From contig CAZJIM010000002.1 of assembly GCA_964546115.1 (NCBI GenBank), positions 1,742 to 65,741 on the forward strand: a stretch of DNA of 64,000 bases, read 5' to 3'. The position numbers were made by a program, and so were the translations under genes. This DNA is from an uncultured Gemmatimonadaceae bacterium. GTDB taxonomy: Bacteria; Gemmatimonadota; Gemmatimonadetes; Longimicrobiales; Gaopeijiaceae. The notes under the pieces are model-generated. The model was not told the origin of the DNA, did no database searches, and was given only the letters and a program-made list of their open reading frames with translations. Position 1 is the first letter of the stretch. Every line of letters starts with the position of its first letter. Shown piece by piece: positions 54,780 to 64,000 of the stretch.

Positions 54780-55436
54780 ATGAGTAAGAGACGTGAGCGG
54801 ATTCTGACCCATGCCTGCGACCTGTACCTGCGCGTAGGCTTCGAAGGGTTCTCCATGCGGAAGTTGGCTCGTGACGTTGGGGTGACTGCGCCGGCGCTCT
54901 ATCGCCACTTCGAAAACCGAGAAGAGGTGCTTTTCGATGTCCTCGGTGAGGCTCACGACGAGCTCTTCCGGACTTTGTCACGGGCTCTATCAGGTGCCAC
55001 CCCGTTGGAGCGATTTGAGATTGCCGGTGAGGCCTACATGGATTTCTCGCTCAAGAATCCGCGCTACTTCCAGATGGTCCATGCGTTCAGGGAGTTCATG
55101 GGTTTGGAGGAGGTCCCGGCCGAGGTTGCCAGGCGCCACTATGCCATCCAGCAGTTCTGGGATGACAGGGTGAGGGAATGTGTCGAAGCTGAGATTTTGA
55201 GGCCGGAGGACCCTGCGGGGATTTCGCTAACGCTTTGGTCACACGCGTACGGGCTGCTGTCGTTGTACTCAAGGCGTCTTTTGAGCATTTCAGAAGACAC
55301 GTTTCGAGCAGAGTTCAGGGCATCGTTCCGAAGGGTCCTGCTGGGCGTCGGCACGGAGAAGTTTTCCGCCCTGATCACTCATGAGGATACGCCGATGGGG
55401 GCCGCATCGGGAGGTCATCCGACCCGGTCGGAGTAG
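54780..55436 (+). CDS. TetR/AcrR-family transcriptional regulator
   Basis: HTH ILTHACDLYLRVGFEGFSMRKLARDVGVTAPALYRHF. It lies directly upstream of the efflux genes. GTG 54771 is an alternative start. Confidence 0.9.
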   Translation: MSKRRERILTHACDLYLRVGFEGFSMRKLARDVGVTAPALYRHFENREEVLFDVLGEAHDELFRTLSRALSGATPLERFEIAGEAYMDFSLKNPRYFQMVHAFREFMGLEEVPAEVARRHYAIQQFWDDRVRECVEAEILRPEDPAGISLTLWSHAYGLLSLYSRRLLSISEDTFRAEFRASFRRVLLGVGTEKFSALITHEDTPMGAASGGHPTRSE

Positions 55437-55504
55437 GAGACTGAAACTTCCTTTTCTGCGTTCCTAGAGGGGCGCGAGTTCAACCAGTGGACGGAGTGAA
55501 ATGG

Positions 55505-56998
55505 ATGCACGCCTTCGGACGGACCTTGACAGTGGCGCTTGCCGTTCTCGCCGGGATTCCGGGTGAGGTTCACTCTCAGTCGGTCGTGGGCGGCCTGTCG
55601 GCGAGGAGTGTGCGGGACCAGGCTGGTACCGTTTCTCTCACACTGGACGAGGCTCTGCGCCTGGGGCTCGGGGGAAACCGGGATCTGGAGCGAGCCCACC
55701 TGGCGCTGGCGCTGGCCGAAGGTCAGGTAGCCGAGGCTTGGTCCAGCCTCTATCCCAGTCTGGATCTGAGCACCTCCTACACACGGAACCTCTCTCCGGC
55801 CGTTTCCTTTCTTCCAGCGATCATCTTTAATCCGAACGCGCAGGAGGGTGAGCTGCAACAGATCCAGTTTGGAGCGGAAAACGTATGGAGTGGAAACATT
55901 GCGCTCGAGCAGCCACTCTTTCGCGCCCAGACGTTCATTGGTGTAGGGGCCGCGGTACGGTTCGAGAATCTCCAGCTGGAGATAGTGAGGGGCGCGGAAC
56001 ATGAGATCATCACCCGGATCCGCCTTCTCTACTACGAACTGCTCTTGGCACAGGAGGAGGCGAGGCTCATCGAGCGGTCAGTCGCGAGGGTGATCCAGTC
56101 CCTCGAAGAGACCCGGGCTCTGAATCGGGCGGGGCTTTCCTCGGACTACGACGTGCTCCGGCTGGAGGTAGAGCTGGCGAACTTGGAGCCGAACCTGAGG
56201 AGGGCGGAGAACGAGTTCCGCCGGATGCAACGGGATCTCGTTACCGAGTTGGACCTCGAAGAAGGGACATCCTTGGAAGTCGTGGGTTCTCTGGCCACAC
56301 TGAACCTGGATGATCTTGGAGCAAATAGTGAGGCGAATGCCCGGCTCCTGACCCTGATGGGGGTGGATCTGGGGGAAGAGATTGACGATGCTCGCTCGGA
56401 GGCATTGCTCCGGCGAGCACGGATGACCAACTCACTGATCCAACAGGCAGGCCTGAACACGGAGCTTCGAGGGACGGAGCTACAGCTCGAACGAGCAGAG
56501 TACCTTCCCGAGGTTTCCCTTTTCGCTATGTATGACATCCAAGCCCAGCAGGATGGGAGTCCGATCTTTTTCGGGCGGTCGGGACAGCGGGGATACGGTC
56601 GCAACGTGGGCCTGCGCGTGTCGTTCCCCGTTTTTTCGGGGTTCCGTCGTAATGCGCGGATTGATCAGATGCAGTCATCCCTCCGCACAGCCGAGGTTGA
56701 ACTGGATCTGGCGGGGAACCAACTTCGAAACCAGCTCCGAAGTCTCATCGAACAGGCGGAAGAGGCGAGACTTCGATCCCGCAGCCAGGGCCTCGCAGTT
56801 CGGCAGGCCCAGCGAGGCTTTGAAATCGCGAGCGCGCAGTACCGGGAGGGGTTGGGGAGCCAGCTTGAGCTGACAGACGCCGAGGTTGCCCTTCGACAGA
56901 GTGAGTTCAACTACGCAGAGGCCGTGTTCGACTACCTGTCCACTCGGGCTCGAGTTGACCAGGTCGTCGGGGAGGTTCCGCTTCCCGAAGGTTCGTAG
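55505..56998 (+). CDS. TolC-family outer membrane efflux protein
   Basis: Signal peptide (MHAFGRTLTVALAVLAGIPGEVHSQ). Two-repeat coiled-coil/beta-barrel pattern with the typical LTLDEALRLGL N-terminus. Confidence 0.85.
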   Translation: MHAFGRTLTVALAVLAGIPGEVHSQSVVGGLSARSVRDQAGTVSLTLDEALRLGLGGNRDLERAHLALALAEGQVAEAWSSLYPSLDLSTSYTRNLSPAVSFLPAIIFNPNAQEGELQQIQFGAENVWSGNIALEQPLFRAQTFIGVGAAVRFENLQLEIVRGAEHEIITRIRLLYYELLLAQEEARLIERSVARVIQSLEETRALNRAGLSSDYDVLRLEVELANLEPNLRRAENEFRRMQRDLVTELDLEEGTSLEVVGSLATLNLDDLGANSEANARLLTLMGVDLGEEIDDARSEALLRRARMTNSLIQQAGLNTELRGTELQLERAEYLPEVSLFAMYDIQAQQDGSPIFFGRSGQRGYGRNVGLRVSFPVFSGFRRNARIDQMQSSLRTAEVELDLAGNQLRNQLRSLIEQAEEARLRSRSQGLAVRQAQRGFEIASAQYREGLGSQLELTDAEVALRQSEFNYAEAVFDYLSTRARVDQVVGEVPLPEGS

Positions 56999-57087
56999 TG
57001 ACCATGATCCATGTAAGGGTCCTCGCTCCAAGCTTATACGCCCACTAGAAGAACGACTTTGATAGAGAGAGAAGAGGAAGGATCTTG

Positions 57088-58185
57088 ATGATAATAGATG
57101 AGAGGGCCCTGACCTTTGTGCTAACTCTAGCGGTGTCGGGCTGCGGCGACACGGTAGAGGCGGGTGCCGGGGGGGAGGAGGACATCTCCTTCCAGCGGGT
57201 CATCAATGTGGAGGTCCTGCCGCTGCTGGCAGTGGATTTCGAGCAGCGCGTCCAACTGACTGGAACCGTTCAGGCTAACCGGGACGTAACGATCTCCGCA
57301 GAGGAAGTGGGAGTGATCCGCGAAATCCTGACCAACGATGGATCCTCGGTGACCGAGGGACAGCCCCTTCTTCGTATCGATGACAGCATTCTCCGCGCTC
57401 AGTTCGCCGAGGCCGAGGCCCGTGCGGGACTTGCCCAGGAGACTTGGGAGAGGCGTAGACGGCTGTTCGAAGAGGACAGAGTGGGATCTGAGCTTGCCTA
57501 TCTAGAGGCCCAGTATCAAGCCGATCAGGCTGCGGCTGTACTGAGAACGCTGAACGAGAGGCTGGTCCGGACCGTGATTCGCGCACCGATCGACGGGATC
57601 TTAGAGAGACGCGAGGTGGAGTTGGGAACGATGGTATCCCCGGGGGTTCCCGTAGCTCGAATTGTCCAAATCAATCCGGTGAAGGTGACCGGTGGAGTGC
57701 CGGAGCGATACGCGGCTGACGTGAAGACTGGCTCTCGAGCATTGGTAAGCTTCGATGTTCTCGCGGGTGAAGAGTACGCTGGCCGAATTGGATACGTTGG
57801 AGCCACGGTGAACCCGCGGAACCGGACGTTCGCAGCCGAGCTCGTTCTCCCCAATCCCAACTTCGTCATAAAGCCGGAGATGGTCGCCAATATCGAGATC
57901 CTTCAGCGGACGATCCTGAGCACCATCGTGATTCCTCAGGAGGCACTGGTCCGGGTAGAGGAAGGATTCGTCGCGTTTGTCGTCGGTGTAGGCGAAGCGG
58001 GTGAAGAGGTGGCCGAAATGCGTTCGGTTGCTATTGGTCCGGCTCAGCGTGACGAAGTGGTCGTGGAGGAGGGCCTTGTGCCAGGAGACCGACTCATCGT
58101 GGTGGGTCAGACTCTCGTCGCAGATAGGGATCGGGTCAAGGTGGTCCGAACCCGAGAGGCGAACTGGACCCGAGACACATGGTAA
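57088..58185 (+). CDS. RND efflux periplasmic adaptor (MFP/HlyD family) lipoprotein
   Basis: Lipobox LAVSGC. Lipoyl and beta-barrel motifs (GQPLLRIDD, IRAPIDGIL). A GAGGAAG SD precedes the ATG. Confidence 0.85.
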   Translation: MIIDERALTFVLTLAVSGCGDTVEAGAGGEEDISFQRVINVEVLPLLAVDFEQRVQLTGTVQANRDVTISAEEVGVIREILTNDGSSVTEGQPLLRIDDSILRAQFAEAEARAGLAQETWERRRRLFEEDRVGSELAYLEAQYQADQAAAVLRTLNERLVRTVIRAPIDGILERREVELGTMVSPGVPVARIVQINPVKVTGGVPERYAADVKTGSRALVSFDVLAGEEYAGRIGYVGATVNPRNRTFAAELVLPNPNFVIKPEMVANIEILQRTILSTIVIPQEALVRVEEGFVAFVVGVGEAGEEVAEMRSVAIGPAQRDEVVVEEGLVPGDRLIVVGQTLVADRDRVKVVRTREANWTRDTW

Positions 58186-58244
58186 CCGGGCGAGGCTACG
58201 AGCATCCGGACAGAGGACCCCAGAACGTCCCAAAGTCTGATCCG

Positions 58245-61200
58245 ATGTTCGCAGACCGGTTCAAGGAGTTCAGGCTCACGAGCTTCGCTGTCGAGCACAA
58301 GACCAGCGTCGTCATGCTCTTCTTCATCATTTCTCTCGCTGGTTTTCTCTCATATCTAGGCCTCCCCAAGGAGGCTCAGCCTGAGGTCGAACTGCCCATG
58401 ATCGTGGTGAACACGATCTATCGGGGGGTGGCTCCCGCGGATATCGAGACTCTCGTGACTCGGCCCCTGGAGGAGGAGCTGAACACGATCTCCGAGGTGG
58501 AGGAGATGACCTCAACCTCGGTCGAGGGATATTCGTCGATCACCGTCGAATTCTCGGTCGACACAGATCTCAACGAGGCCCTACAGCAGGTCCGGGAGAA
58601 GGTCGACTTAGCGACTCCCGAACTCCCGAGCGACGTGGAAGATCCGAGCATATTGGAGTTCAACGTGTCCGAGTTTCCCATCATGCAGGTGAATCTAGCT
58701 GGGGAATATGGGCTTGTACGTCTCAAGGAGTTGGGTGAGGAGATCCAGGACCTCTTTGAGCAGATCCCTGAGGTCCTGCGGGTCGATGTCAGAGGTGGTC
58801 TGGAACGCGAGGTCAAGGTCAAAGTAGACCTCGGAAAGCTCAAGTTCTATGGCCTCGCAATGGGTGACGTGGTCGAGGCGATTCAGACGGAAAATGTGAA
58901 CATCCCCGGTGGCTTGATCGAGGTCGGCGACGTGAACTATCTCGTTCGGGTCGACGGTGAGTTTGTGGACCCGACGATTATCGAGGACCTTGTCGTCGAC
59001 ACTTTCGATGGACGCGCTGTCTACGTTCGTGACGTAGCCGATGTCGAGTTTGGCTTCACCGATCGAACGAGCTACGCCCGCCTGGACGGTGATCCCGTAG
59101 TGACTCTTGACATCATAAAGCGGTCAGGCGCGAACATTATTGAAGCTTCGGACCAGGTGAAGCAGATCCTGACCGATATAAGTCCCCTGTTTCCCCCAAC
59201 CACGCAGGTATCGATCACGGGGGATCAGTCGCGCCAGATTGACATGATGGTCAGCAGCCTTGAGAACAACATCATCTCGGGCCTGCTCCTGATCTTGGCT
59301 GTTCTGTTGTTTTTCTTGGGTCTACGGACGGCCTCGTTTGTCGCGTTTGCGATTCCTACCTCGATGTTGCTCTCGTTTGTGATCCTCTCGCTCCTCGGGA
59401 TCACGATGAACATGATCGTGCTTTTCAGCTTGATCCTTGCTCTCGGGATGCTGGTCGACAACGCGATCGTGGTCGTGGAGAACATCTACCGCTTCGTCGG
59501 AGATGGGTGGAGCCCTGTAGTCGCAGCGAAGAAAGCGACTGGTGAAGTGGCCGCACCTGTGATCGCAGCGACAGCGACGACCCTCGCGGCATTCGGTCCG
59601 CTCACCTTCTGGCCCGGTTTAGTGGGAGAGTTCATGGGGTATCTCCCATTGACTTTGATCATCACCCTTTCAAGTTCGCTTTTCGTGGCCCTCGTCATCG
59701 TGCCGACTCTGTGCGCGATCTTCCTGAAATCCGAGGCGAATCCGAGCAGGCCGCTCACGGGGATCGCGCACCGGACGATTCTCGTGGGGTTGATCGCAGC
59801 GCTCGTGGCCATCGGGTTCTTCAATGTCATCACCGCAGTTCTCGTTACGGTCACGGTGGTCGGCTTTTGGGCTCTCCACCACTACCTGCTTGAGCGAATG
59901 GCCCGAGCGTTTCAGACGAACTGGGTGCCAGCCCTTCTTCGTACGTATGAGGGGACCGTCTGCTGGGCGCTGGATCACCGCGCTGTTGTCCTATCTGGCT
60001 GCGCCGGAGTCTTCGTGGTGACTCTCGGCTTCTTCTACCTGTTCAACCATGGTGTCGAATTTTTCCCGGAGGACATTCCGCCCCCACAGTTGATCGTGGA
60101 TGCGGAAGCCTCCGTAGGTACCGGCGTTTCGTTTACTGAATCTGTTGCTCGCGCCTTAGAGGAAGAACTCCACGACTTTCCAGGGATGGCGGACGTGGAG
60201 TCGATTGTGACGACTGCCGGAGGGGGCGGAGGCGGTGGTCCGGGAGCGGCCGTCATGGGGGGTGGGGGTGGACCATCTGGAGAAAACCAATCTCGTATCA
60301 CATTGTCTTTGATTGACTTCGAGTACAGGATCTCAGATGTGTTTGAGACTCTTACCTTCCTGCAGGAGCGAATCGGAGCGGACATTCCGGGCGCCGAGAT
60401 CACCGCGGATATGCCCGCGCAGGGTCCCCCTGGGGGCCCTGCGGTAAACGTCGAAGTGGTGGGGAGCAATCCCGAGGAGTTGAAGCGTCTGTCAGATCGT
60501 ATCCTAGAGATCCTTCGCAACGCCTCGGTTGTGGCCCGTCTTGTGGGACTGGAGAGTGATTTGGATGAGGCCCGCCCAGAGGTGTCGGTGAGAGTGAACC
60601 GTGAACTCGCCGCAATCTACGGCCTCTCGACCAGCGAAGTAGGGAGTGCAGTCCGTGGTGCGATTCAGGGTGTAGAGGCAGCAACATACCGCGCGGGTAA
60701 CGACGAGTATGACATTGTTGTCCGGCTGGCGGAGCCGTACCGAGACGAACTCTCCTCACTGGAGGACTTTGTCGTATTCTCGGAGGGGGATCCGATTCCG
60801 TTGGTCTCTGTGGCGGCGTGGGAGGTGGGTGAGGGTCTAGGTTCGATCCGCCGTAAGGACATGGATCGGCTGGCCACCATCTCCGCTCAGGTGCGAGCGG
60901 GATTCAATCAGAACGCCGTATTAGCGGAAGTCCAGGAGACTCTGTCTGACTTCGTAGCGATGGAAGTCCCACCTGGGTACCAAGTCCGGTATACGGGACA
61001 GCTCGAGGAGCAGATCGAGGCGCAAGAATTTCTGACTCGGGCCTTCGGTATCGCGCTCATGCTGATCGCATTCATCCTGATCAGCCAGTTCAACTCCGTC
61101 GTGAAGCCCCTAATCATCCTGACCTCGGTGATGATGTCGACCGTCGGCGTATTGATCGGGCTTCTCGTCTTCAATTTGCCCTTCGTGATCATCATGACGG

Positions 61201-61748
61201 GCGTGGGGATCATTTCGCTGGCAGGAATTGTTGTGAACAACGCGATCGTTCTCATTGACTACATCGACGTTCTCCGAAGTCGCGATGGGATGAACATACG
61301 AGAAGCTCTCGTCCAAGGAGGCATCACTCGCTTTCGTCCGGTAATTCTAACCGCGGTCACCACGGCGCTGGGATTAGTACCTCTGGCAATCGGGCTGAAC
61401 TTCAACTTCTTCGGTCTCTATGCGAGCCTGAGCCCGGAGTTCTATTGGGGCGGGGAACAGGCTGCTTGGTGGAGAAACATGGCGATCGTGGTCATCGTGG
61501 GTATCATGTTCGCCACCTTCCTGACTCTTGTCGTTGTTCCGGTGATGTACTCCCTGGTCGACGACCTGTCGGGCTTCTTCCGCGGACAATTCGTGGCAGG
61601 GGCGGCGGACCTTCCGAAGGACGTAATCTCCGCGGGGCCCTCGCGGGATCCGGAGTCGAACCGCCCGGCTAAACCCACTCCGCGGCCGGAGCCGGCCTTC
61701 CGACGCAACCCGACGCCTCCGGAGGGTCTGGCGTCGGATCCCGGTTGA
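58245..61748 (+). CDS. RND efflux permease (AcrB/HAE family)
   Basis: About 1167 aa from ATG 58245, while the track ORF begins at 58179. Has 12 TM segments, with GMLVDNAIVVVENI and GIVVNNAIVLIDY motifs. A Gly-rich insert lies in the second periplasmic loop. Confidence 0.9.
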   Translation: MFADRFKEFRLTSFAVEHKTSVVMLFFIISLAGFLSYLGLPKEAQPEVELPMIVVNTIYRGVAPADIETLVTRPLEEELNTISEVEEMTSTSVEGYSSITVEFSVDTDLNEALQQVREKVDLATPELPSDVEDPSILEFNVSEFPIMQVNLAGEYGLVRLKELGEEIQDLFEQIPEVLRVDVRGGLEREVKVKVDLGKLKFYGLAMGDVVEAIQTENVNIPGGLIEVGDVNYLVRVDGEFVDPTIIEDLVVDTFDGRAVYVRDVADVEFGFTDRTSYARLDGDPVVTLDIIKRSGANIIEASDQVKQILTDISPLFPPTTQVSITGDQSRQIDMMVSSLENNIISGLLLILAVLLFFLGLRTASFVAFAIPTSMLLSFVILSLLGITMNMIVLFSLILALGMLVDNAIVVVENIYRFVGDGWSPVVAAKKATGEVAAPVIAATATTLAAFGPLTFWPGLVGEFMGYLPLTLIITLSSSLFVALVIVPTLCAIFLKSEANPSRPLTGIAHRTILVGLIAALVAIGFFNVITAVLVTVTVVGFWALHHYLLERMARAFQTNWVPALLRTYEGTVCWALDHRAVVLSGCAGVFVVTLGFFYLFNHGVEFFPEDIPPPQLIVDAEASVGTGVSFTESVARALEEELHDFPGMADVESIVTTAGGGGGGGPGAAVMGGGGGPSGENQSRITLSLIDFEYRISDVFETLTFLQERIGADIPGAEITADMPAQGPPGGPAVNVEVVGSNPEELKRLSDRILEILRNASVVARLVGLESDLDEARPEVSVRVNRELAAIYGLSTSEVGSAVRGAIQGVEAATYRAGNDEYDIVVRLAEPYRDELSSLEDFVVFSEGDPIPLVSVAAWEVGEGLGSIRRKDMDRLATISAQVRAGFNQNAVLAEVQETLSDFVAMEVPPGYQVRYTGQLEEQIEAQEFLTRAFGIALMLIAFILISQFNSVVKPLIILTSVMMSTVGVLIGLLVFNLPFVIIMTGVGIISLAGIVVNNAIVLIDYIDVLRSRDGMNIREALVQGGITRFRPVILTAVTTALGLVPLAIGLNFNFFGLYASLSPEFYWGGEQAAWWRNMAIVVIVGIMFATFLTLVVVPVMYSLVDDLSGFFRGQFVAGAADLPKDVISAGPSRDPESNRPAKPTPRPEPAFRRNPTPPEGLASDPG

Positions 61749-61786
61749 TCGTAGGCGGTGCTGGGAAGCCCTATTCGCGTCTGCCT

Positions 61787-64000
61787 GTGATTACTTTCGG
61801 GGTCACCGCACTGCGGTCGTTAGTTGTGTGCACAGTAGCAGCGGTATTCCTCGCATCGCCCGTGACACTTCCTGCGCAGGTCGTGAGCGACCCCACCTAT
61901 AGTGACCCAGGGGTGACCCTCCAGGCATATCCGTTACCCGACGAAGCTTTGATCGAGCTAGATGGAAGGATCGAAGAATCGGCTTGGGTAGCGGCCATCC
62001 CGATCACGGAATTCACTCAGCAGGAGCCGGTTGAGGGTGCGGTTGCTTCGGAGGGGATGGAGATCCGGGTCGTGTACGACCAGGATCGTCTGTACATCGG
62101 TGTGATCTTGTACGATGAGCCCGAAGGGATTCTCGCCCACCAGCGGGAACGGGATGCCGGCCTTGGGACAGACGATCGCTTCATGTGGATTCTGGATACG
62201 TTCCTGGATGGTCGCACCGGGTACTTCTTCGAGATCAATCCCGCCGGTCTGATGGGCGATGGTCTCCTGACGGGCGGGGGCGGCATCAACAAGTCATGGG
62301 ACGGGATCTGGGAGGCTCGTACCTACAGGCTCGAAAACGGCTGGTCTGCAGAGATTGAGATCCCATTCAGGACGCTCAACTTTGATCCAGAACTCACGAC
62401 CTGGGGCATCAACTTCCAGAGGACCATCCGACGCCGGAATGAAGAGATCCTTTGGCGGGGGTGGCGTCGCAACGAGGGTCTCTTTCGCCCGGTCTATGCC
62501 GGCCGTGTCTCGGGCCTTGAGGGGATGAGTCAGGGCCTGGGACTGGAGGCCGTCCCGTCTACGAGTCTCAGCTGGCAGAATGTGGTCGATGAGACGGACG
62601 ACACGACGTTTCCCCGTAACCTGAGCCTCGACCTGAACTATAGCGTTACTGAGAACCTTAGAGCGTCTGTTTCCGTGAACACGGACTTTGCGGAGGTGGA
62701 GAGTGATCAGCGACGCGTGAACCTAACTCGGTTTCCACTCTTCTTTCCTGAGCGCCGCGACTTCTTCCTCGAGGGGTCCGGTGTGTTCACCTTCGCTCCT
62801 CGGAGCGGTCCGAGGCCCTTCTTCTCTCGTCGGATCGGGATGGAGCAGAGACGACAGATTCCCATCGAATTTGGGACGCGGGTCAATGGCCAGGTGAGTG
62901 TATACGAACTGGCCTTTTACCAGATCCGCACAGGTTCGGCGCTTCTTCCATCCTTGAATGGGACTGGGTCGGACACGTTCGTCCCCCAAGAAGACTTTAC
63001 AGTCGCGCGTGTCAGGAGACAGATCCTAGAGCAGTCGAGCGTCGGAGTGATCTACACGGGCCGGGCAGCCTCGAAGGACCGAACAGGATTCACGCCGGAC
63101 GCACTGCATACTGCCGGCGTCGACCTGCAGTTGTCCACGCGGAGTTTCCTGGGTGAAAACAATGCTGAGTTGAACGCGTTCCTGGTCTGGAACTCGGACC
63201 CCGATCCCAACCTTGGTCGATCGCTCTCAGATCTCTCGGCCCGTGGGTTTCGGCTGAACTTCCCCAACGACATCTGGTCTGGGCATGTCTCGTACCGCGA
63301 GTTCGGCGAATACTACGATCCAGCGGTGGGGTTTATGACGAGGAACGACTTCCGTCGGGTTGAGCCAAGGATCAACTGGTCCCCTCGCCCGGAAAGTATA
63401 CCGTGGATTCGTCAGCTTGCCTTTGGCGTTCAGTTCAGGAATCTGATAGAGATGGAAACCGGTGAGCTTGAGGAGCGCGAGTGGGTTTTCAATGTCTTGG
63501 GGGCAGAGTTTGAAAGCGGCGATAATGTGGATATCAATGTCGTCCGGTCGTTCGAGTGGCTTGATCGGCCTTTTGAGATCAGCGATGGGGTTGAGATCGA
63601 ACCAGGAGCTTATCCCGCCTGGAGATCTACCGCCCGAGTAAGCACTACGGGCCGGCGGTCAGTATCCGTGTTCAGTGACTTGACGATCGGCGAGTTCTGG
63701 AACGGGAGTCTTCGGGGAATATCGACCGGAGTCACTCTTCGGCCTAACCCTGGGATTGCCTTTTCTCTTGATGTGGAGCACAACGACGTCGATCTGCCTC
63801 AGGGGGACTTTTCCACCGATGTCTACCAGCTTGAGAGTGATTGGAATCCAAGCCCTTGGGTTAGTGCCACGACGCAGTTGCAATACGACGATGTCAGCAA
63901 GATCGTAGGACTCTTCGTTCGTCTCCGCTGGATCGTGACTCCAGGAAGCGACATTTTCTTCGTGTACACGCACAACTGGCAGAATACGAGTCTCGGACTT
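61787..64000 (+). CDS. CBM9-like/DUF5916-family outer-membrane protein (3' end outside window)
   Basis: Not in the ORF track because no stop occurs before the window end. I translated this frame by hand over 61787-62280 and at spot-checked segments (62282-62340, 62702-62760, 63962-64000) and found no stop; the track also lists no competing + ORF from 61748 to the window end. The ORF starts at GTG 61787 and runs off the window in frame at 64000. Signal peptide ALRSLVVCTVAAVFLASPVTLPAQ. Has LDGRIEESAWVAAIPITEFTQQEP...IRVVYDQDRLYIG...YFFEINPAG...NKSWDGIWEA...QRRVNLTRFPLFFPERRDFF. Confidence 0.7.
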   Translation, partial: MITFGVTALRSLVVCTVAAVFLASPVTLPAQVVSDPTYSDPGVTLQAYPLPDEALIELDGRIEESAWVAAIPITEFTQQEPVEGAVASEGMEIRVVYDQDRLYIGVILYDEPEGILAHQRERDAGLGTDDRFMWILDTFLDGRTGYFFEINPAGLMGDGLLTGGGGINKSWDGIWEARTYRLENGWSAEIEIPFRTLNFDPELTTWGINFQRTIRRRNEEILWRGWRRNEGLFRPVYAGRVSGLEGMSQGLGLEAVPSTSLSWQNVVDETDDTTFPRNLSLDLNYSVTENLRASVSVNTDFAEVESDQRRVNLTRFPLFFPERRDFFLEGSGVFTFAPRSGPRPFFSRRIGMEQRRQIPIEFGTRVNGQVSVYELAFYQIRTGSALLPSLNGTGSDTFVPQEDFTVARVRRQILEQSSVGVIYTGRAASKDRTGFTPDALHTAGVDLQLSTRSFLGENNAELNAFLVWNSDPDPNLGRSLSDLSARGFRLNFPNDIWSGHVSYREFGEYYDPAVGFMTRNDFRRVEPRINWSPRPESIPWIRQLAFGVQFRNLIEMETGELEEREWVFNVLGAEFESGDNVDINVVRSFEWLDRPFEISDGVEIEPGAYPAWRSTARVSTTGRRSVSVFSDLTIGEFWNGSLRGISTGVTLRPNPGIAFSLDVEHNDVDLPQGDFSTDVYQLESDWNPSPWVSATTQLQYDDVSKIVGLFVRLRWIVTPGSDIFFVYTHNWQNTSLGL

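Overview
High-GC (roughly 60-65%) chromosomal window from a Gram-negative bacterium, shown by a TolC/RND efflux set and a DUF5916-type outer-membrane protein. The gene content is reminiscent of Gemmatimonadota/FCB-type genomes, but that is a guess I cannot verify here. I call about 55 CDS and one tRNA, and genes are tightly packed with many 1-17 nt start/stop overlaps.

Housekeeping blocks:
- ispG-gltX-lexA(like)-tadA
- pyrR-pyrB-pyrC
- rpsT
- scpA-scpB-rluB
- pcm
- tRNA(CAU)
- thrA-thrB-thrC, preceded by a structured, terminator-containing leader
- rhomboid protease, arfB and an AI-2E transporter
- a TetR-TolC-MFP-RND efflux operon

A DtxR/IdeR-type operon (regulator, two-domain multicopper oxidase, ZIP transporter) sits at 0.9-3.8 kb behind a near-consensus iron box.

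The most interesting part is a ~19 kb accessory supercluster at 9.2-28.3 kb with two halves.
- (i) The first half is a minus-strand operon headed by a GTP cyclohydrolase II paralog. It continues through a glycoside-hydrolase/GT2/membrane fusion, an ABC exporter, two glycosyltransferases, a PIG-L deacetylase and a zinc-ribbon methyltransferase.
- (ii) The second half encodes a creatininase-family amidohydrolase, a RibD-C-type reductase and a catalytically degenerate PTPS/QueD-like T-fold protein. It also encodes a BchC-like MDR dehydrogenase, a GT4, two methyltransferases, cytochrome b561, an LtaS/sulfatase-like membrane enzyme and a CDP-alcohol phosphatidyltransferase.

This gene set does not reconstitute riboflavin, folate, BH4 or queuosine synthesis. 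It looks like an orphan pathway for a modified, glycosylated and possibly lipid-linked GTP-derived metabolite.

I saw no CRISPR array, IS element or transposase, integrase, prophage or recognisable defence genes. Several ORFs over 300 aa in the track are antisense shadow ORFs of real genes, as expected in high-GC DNA.
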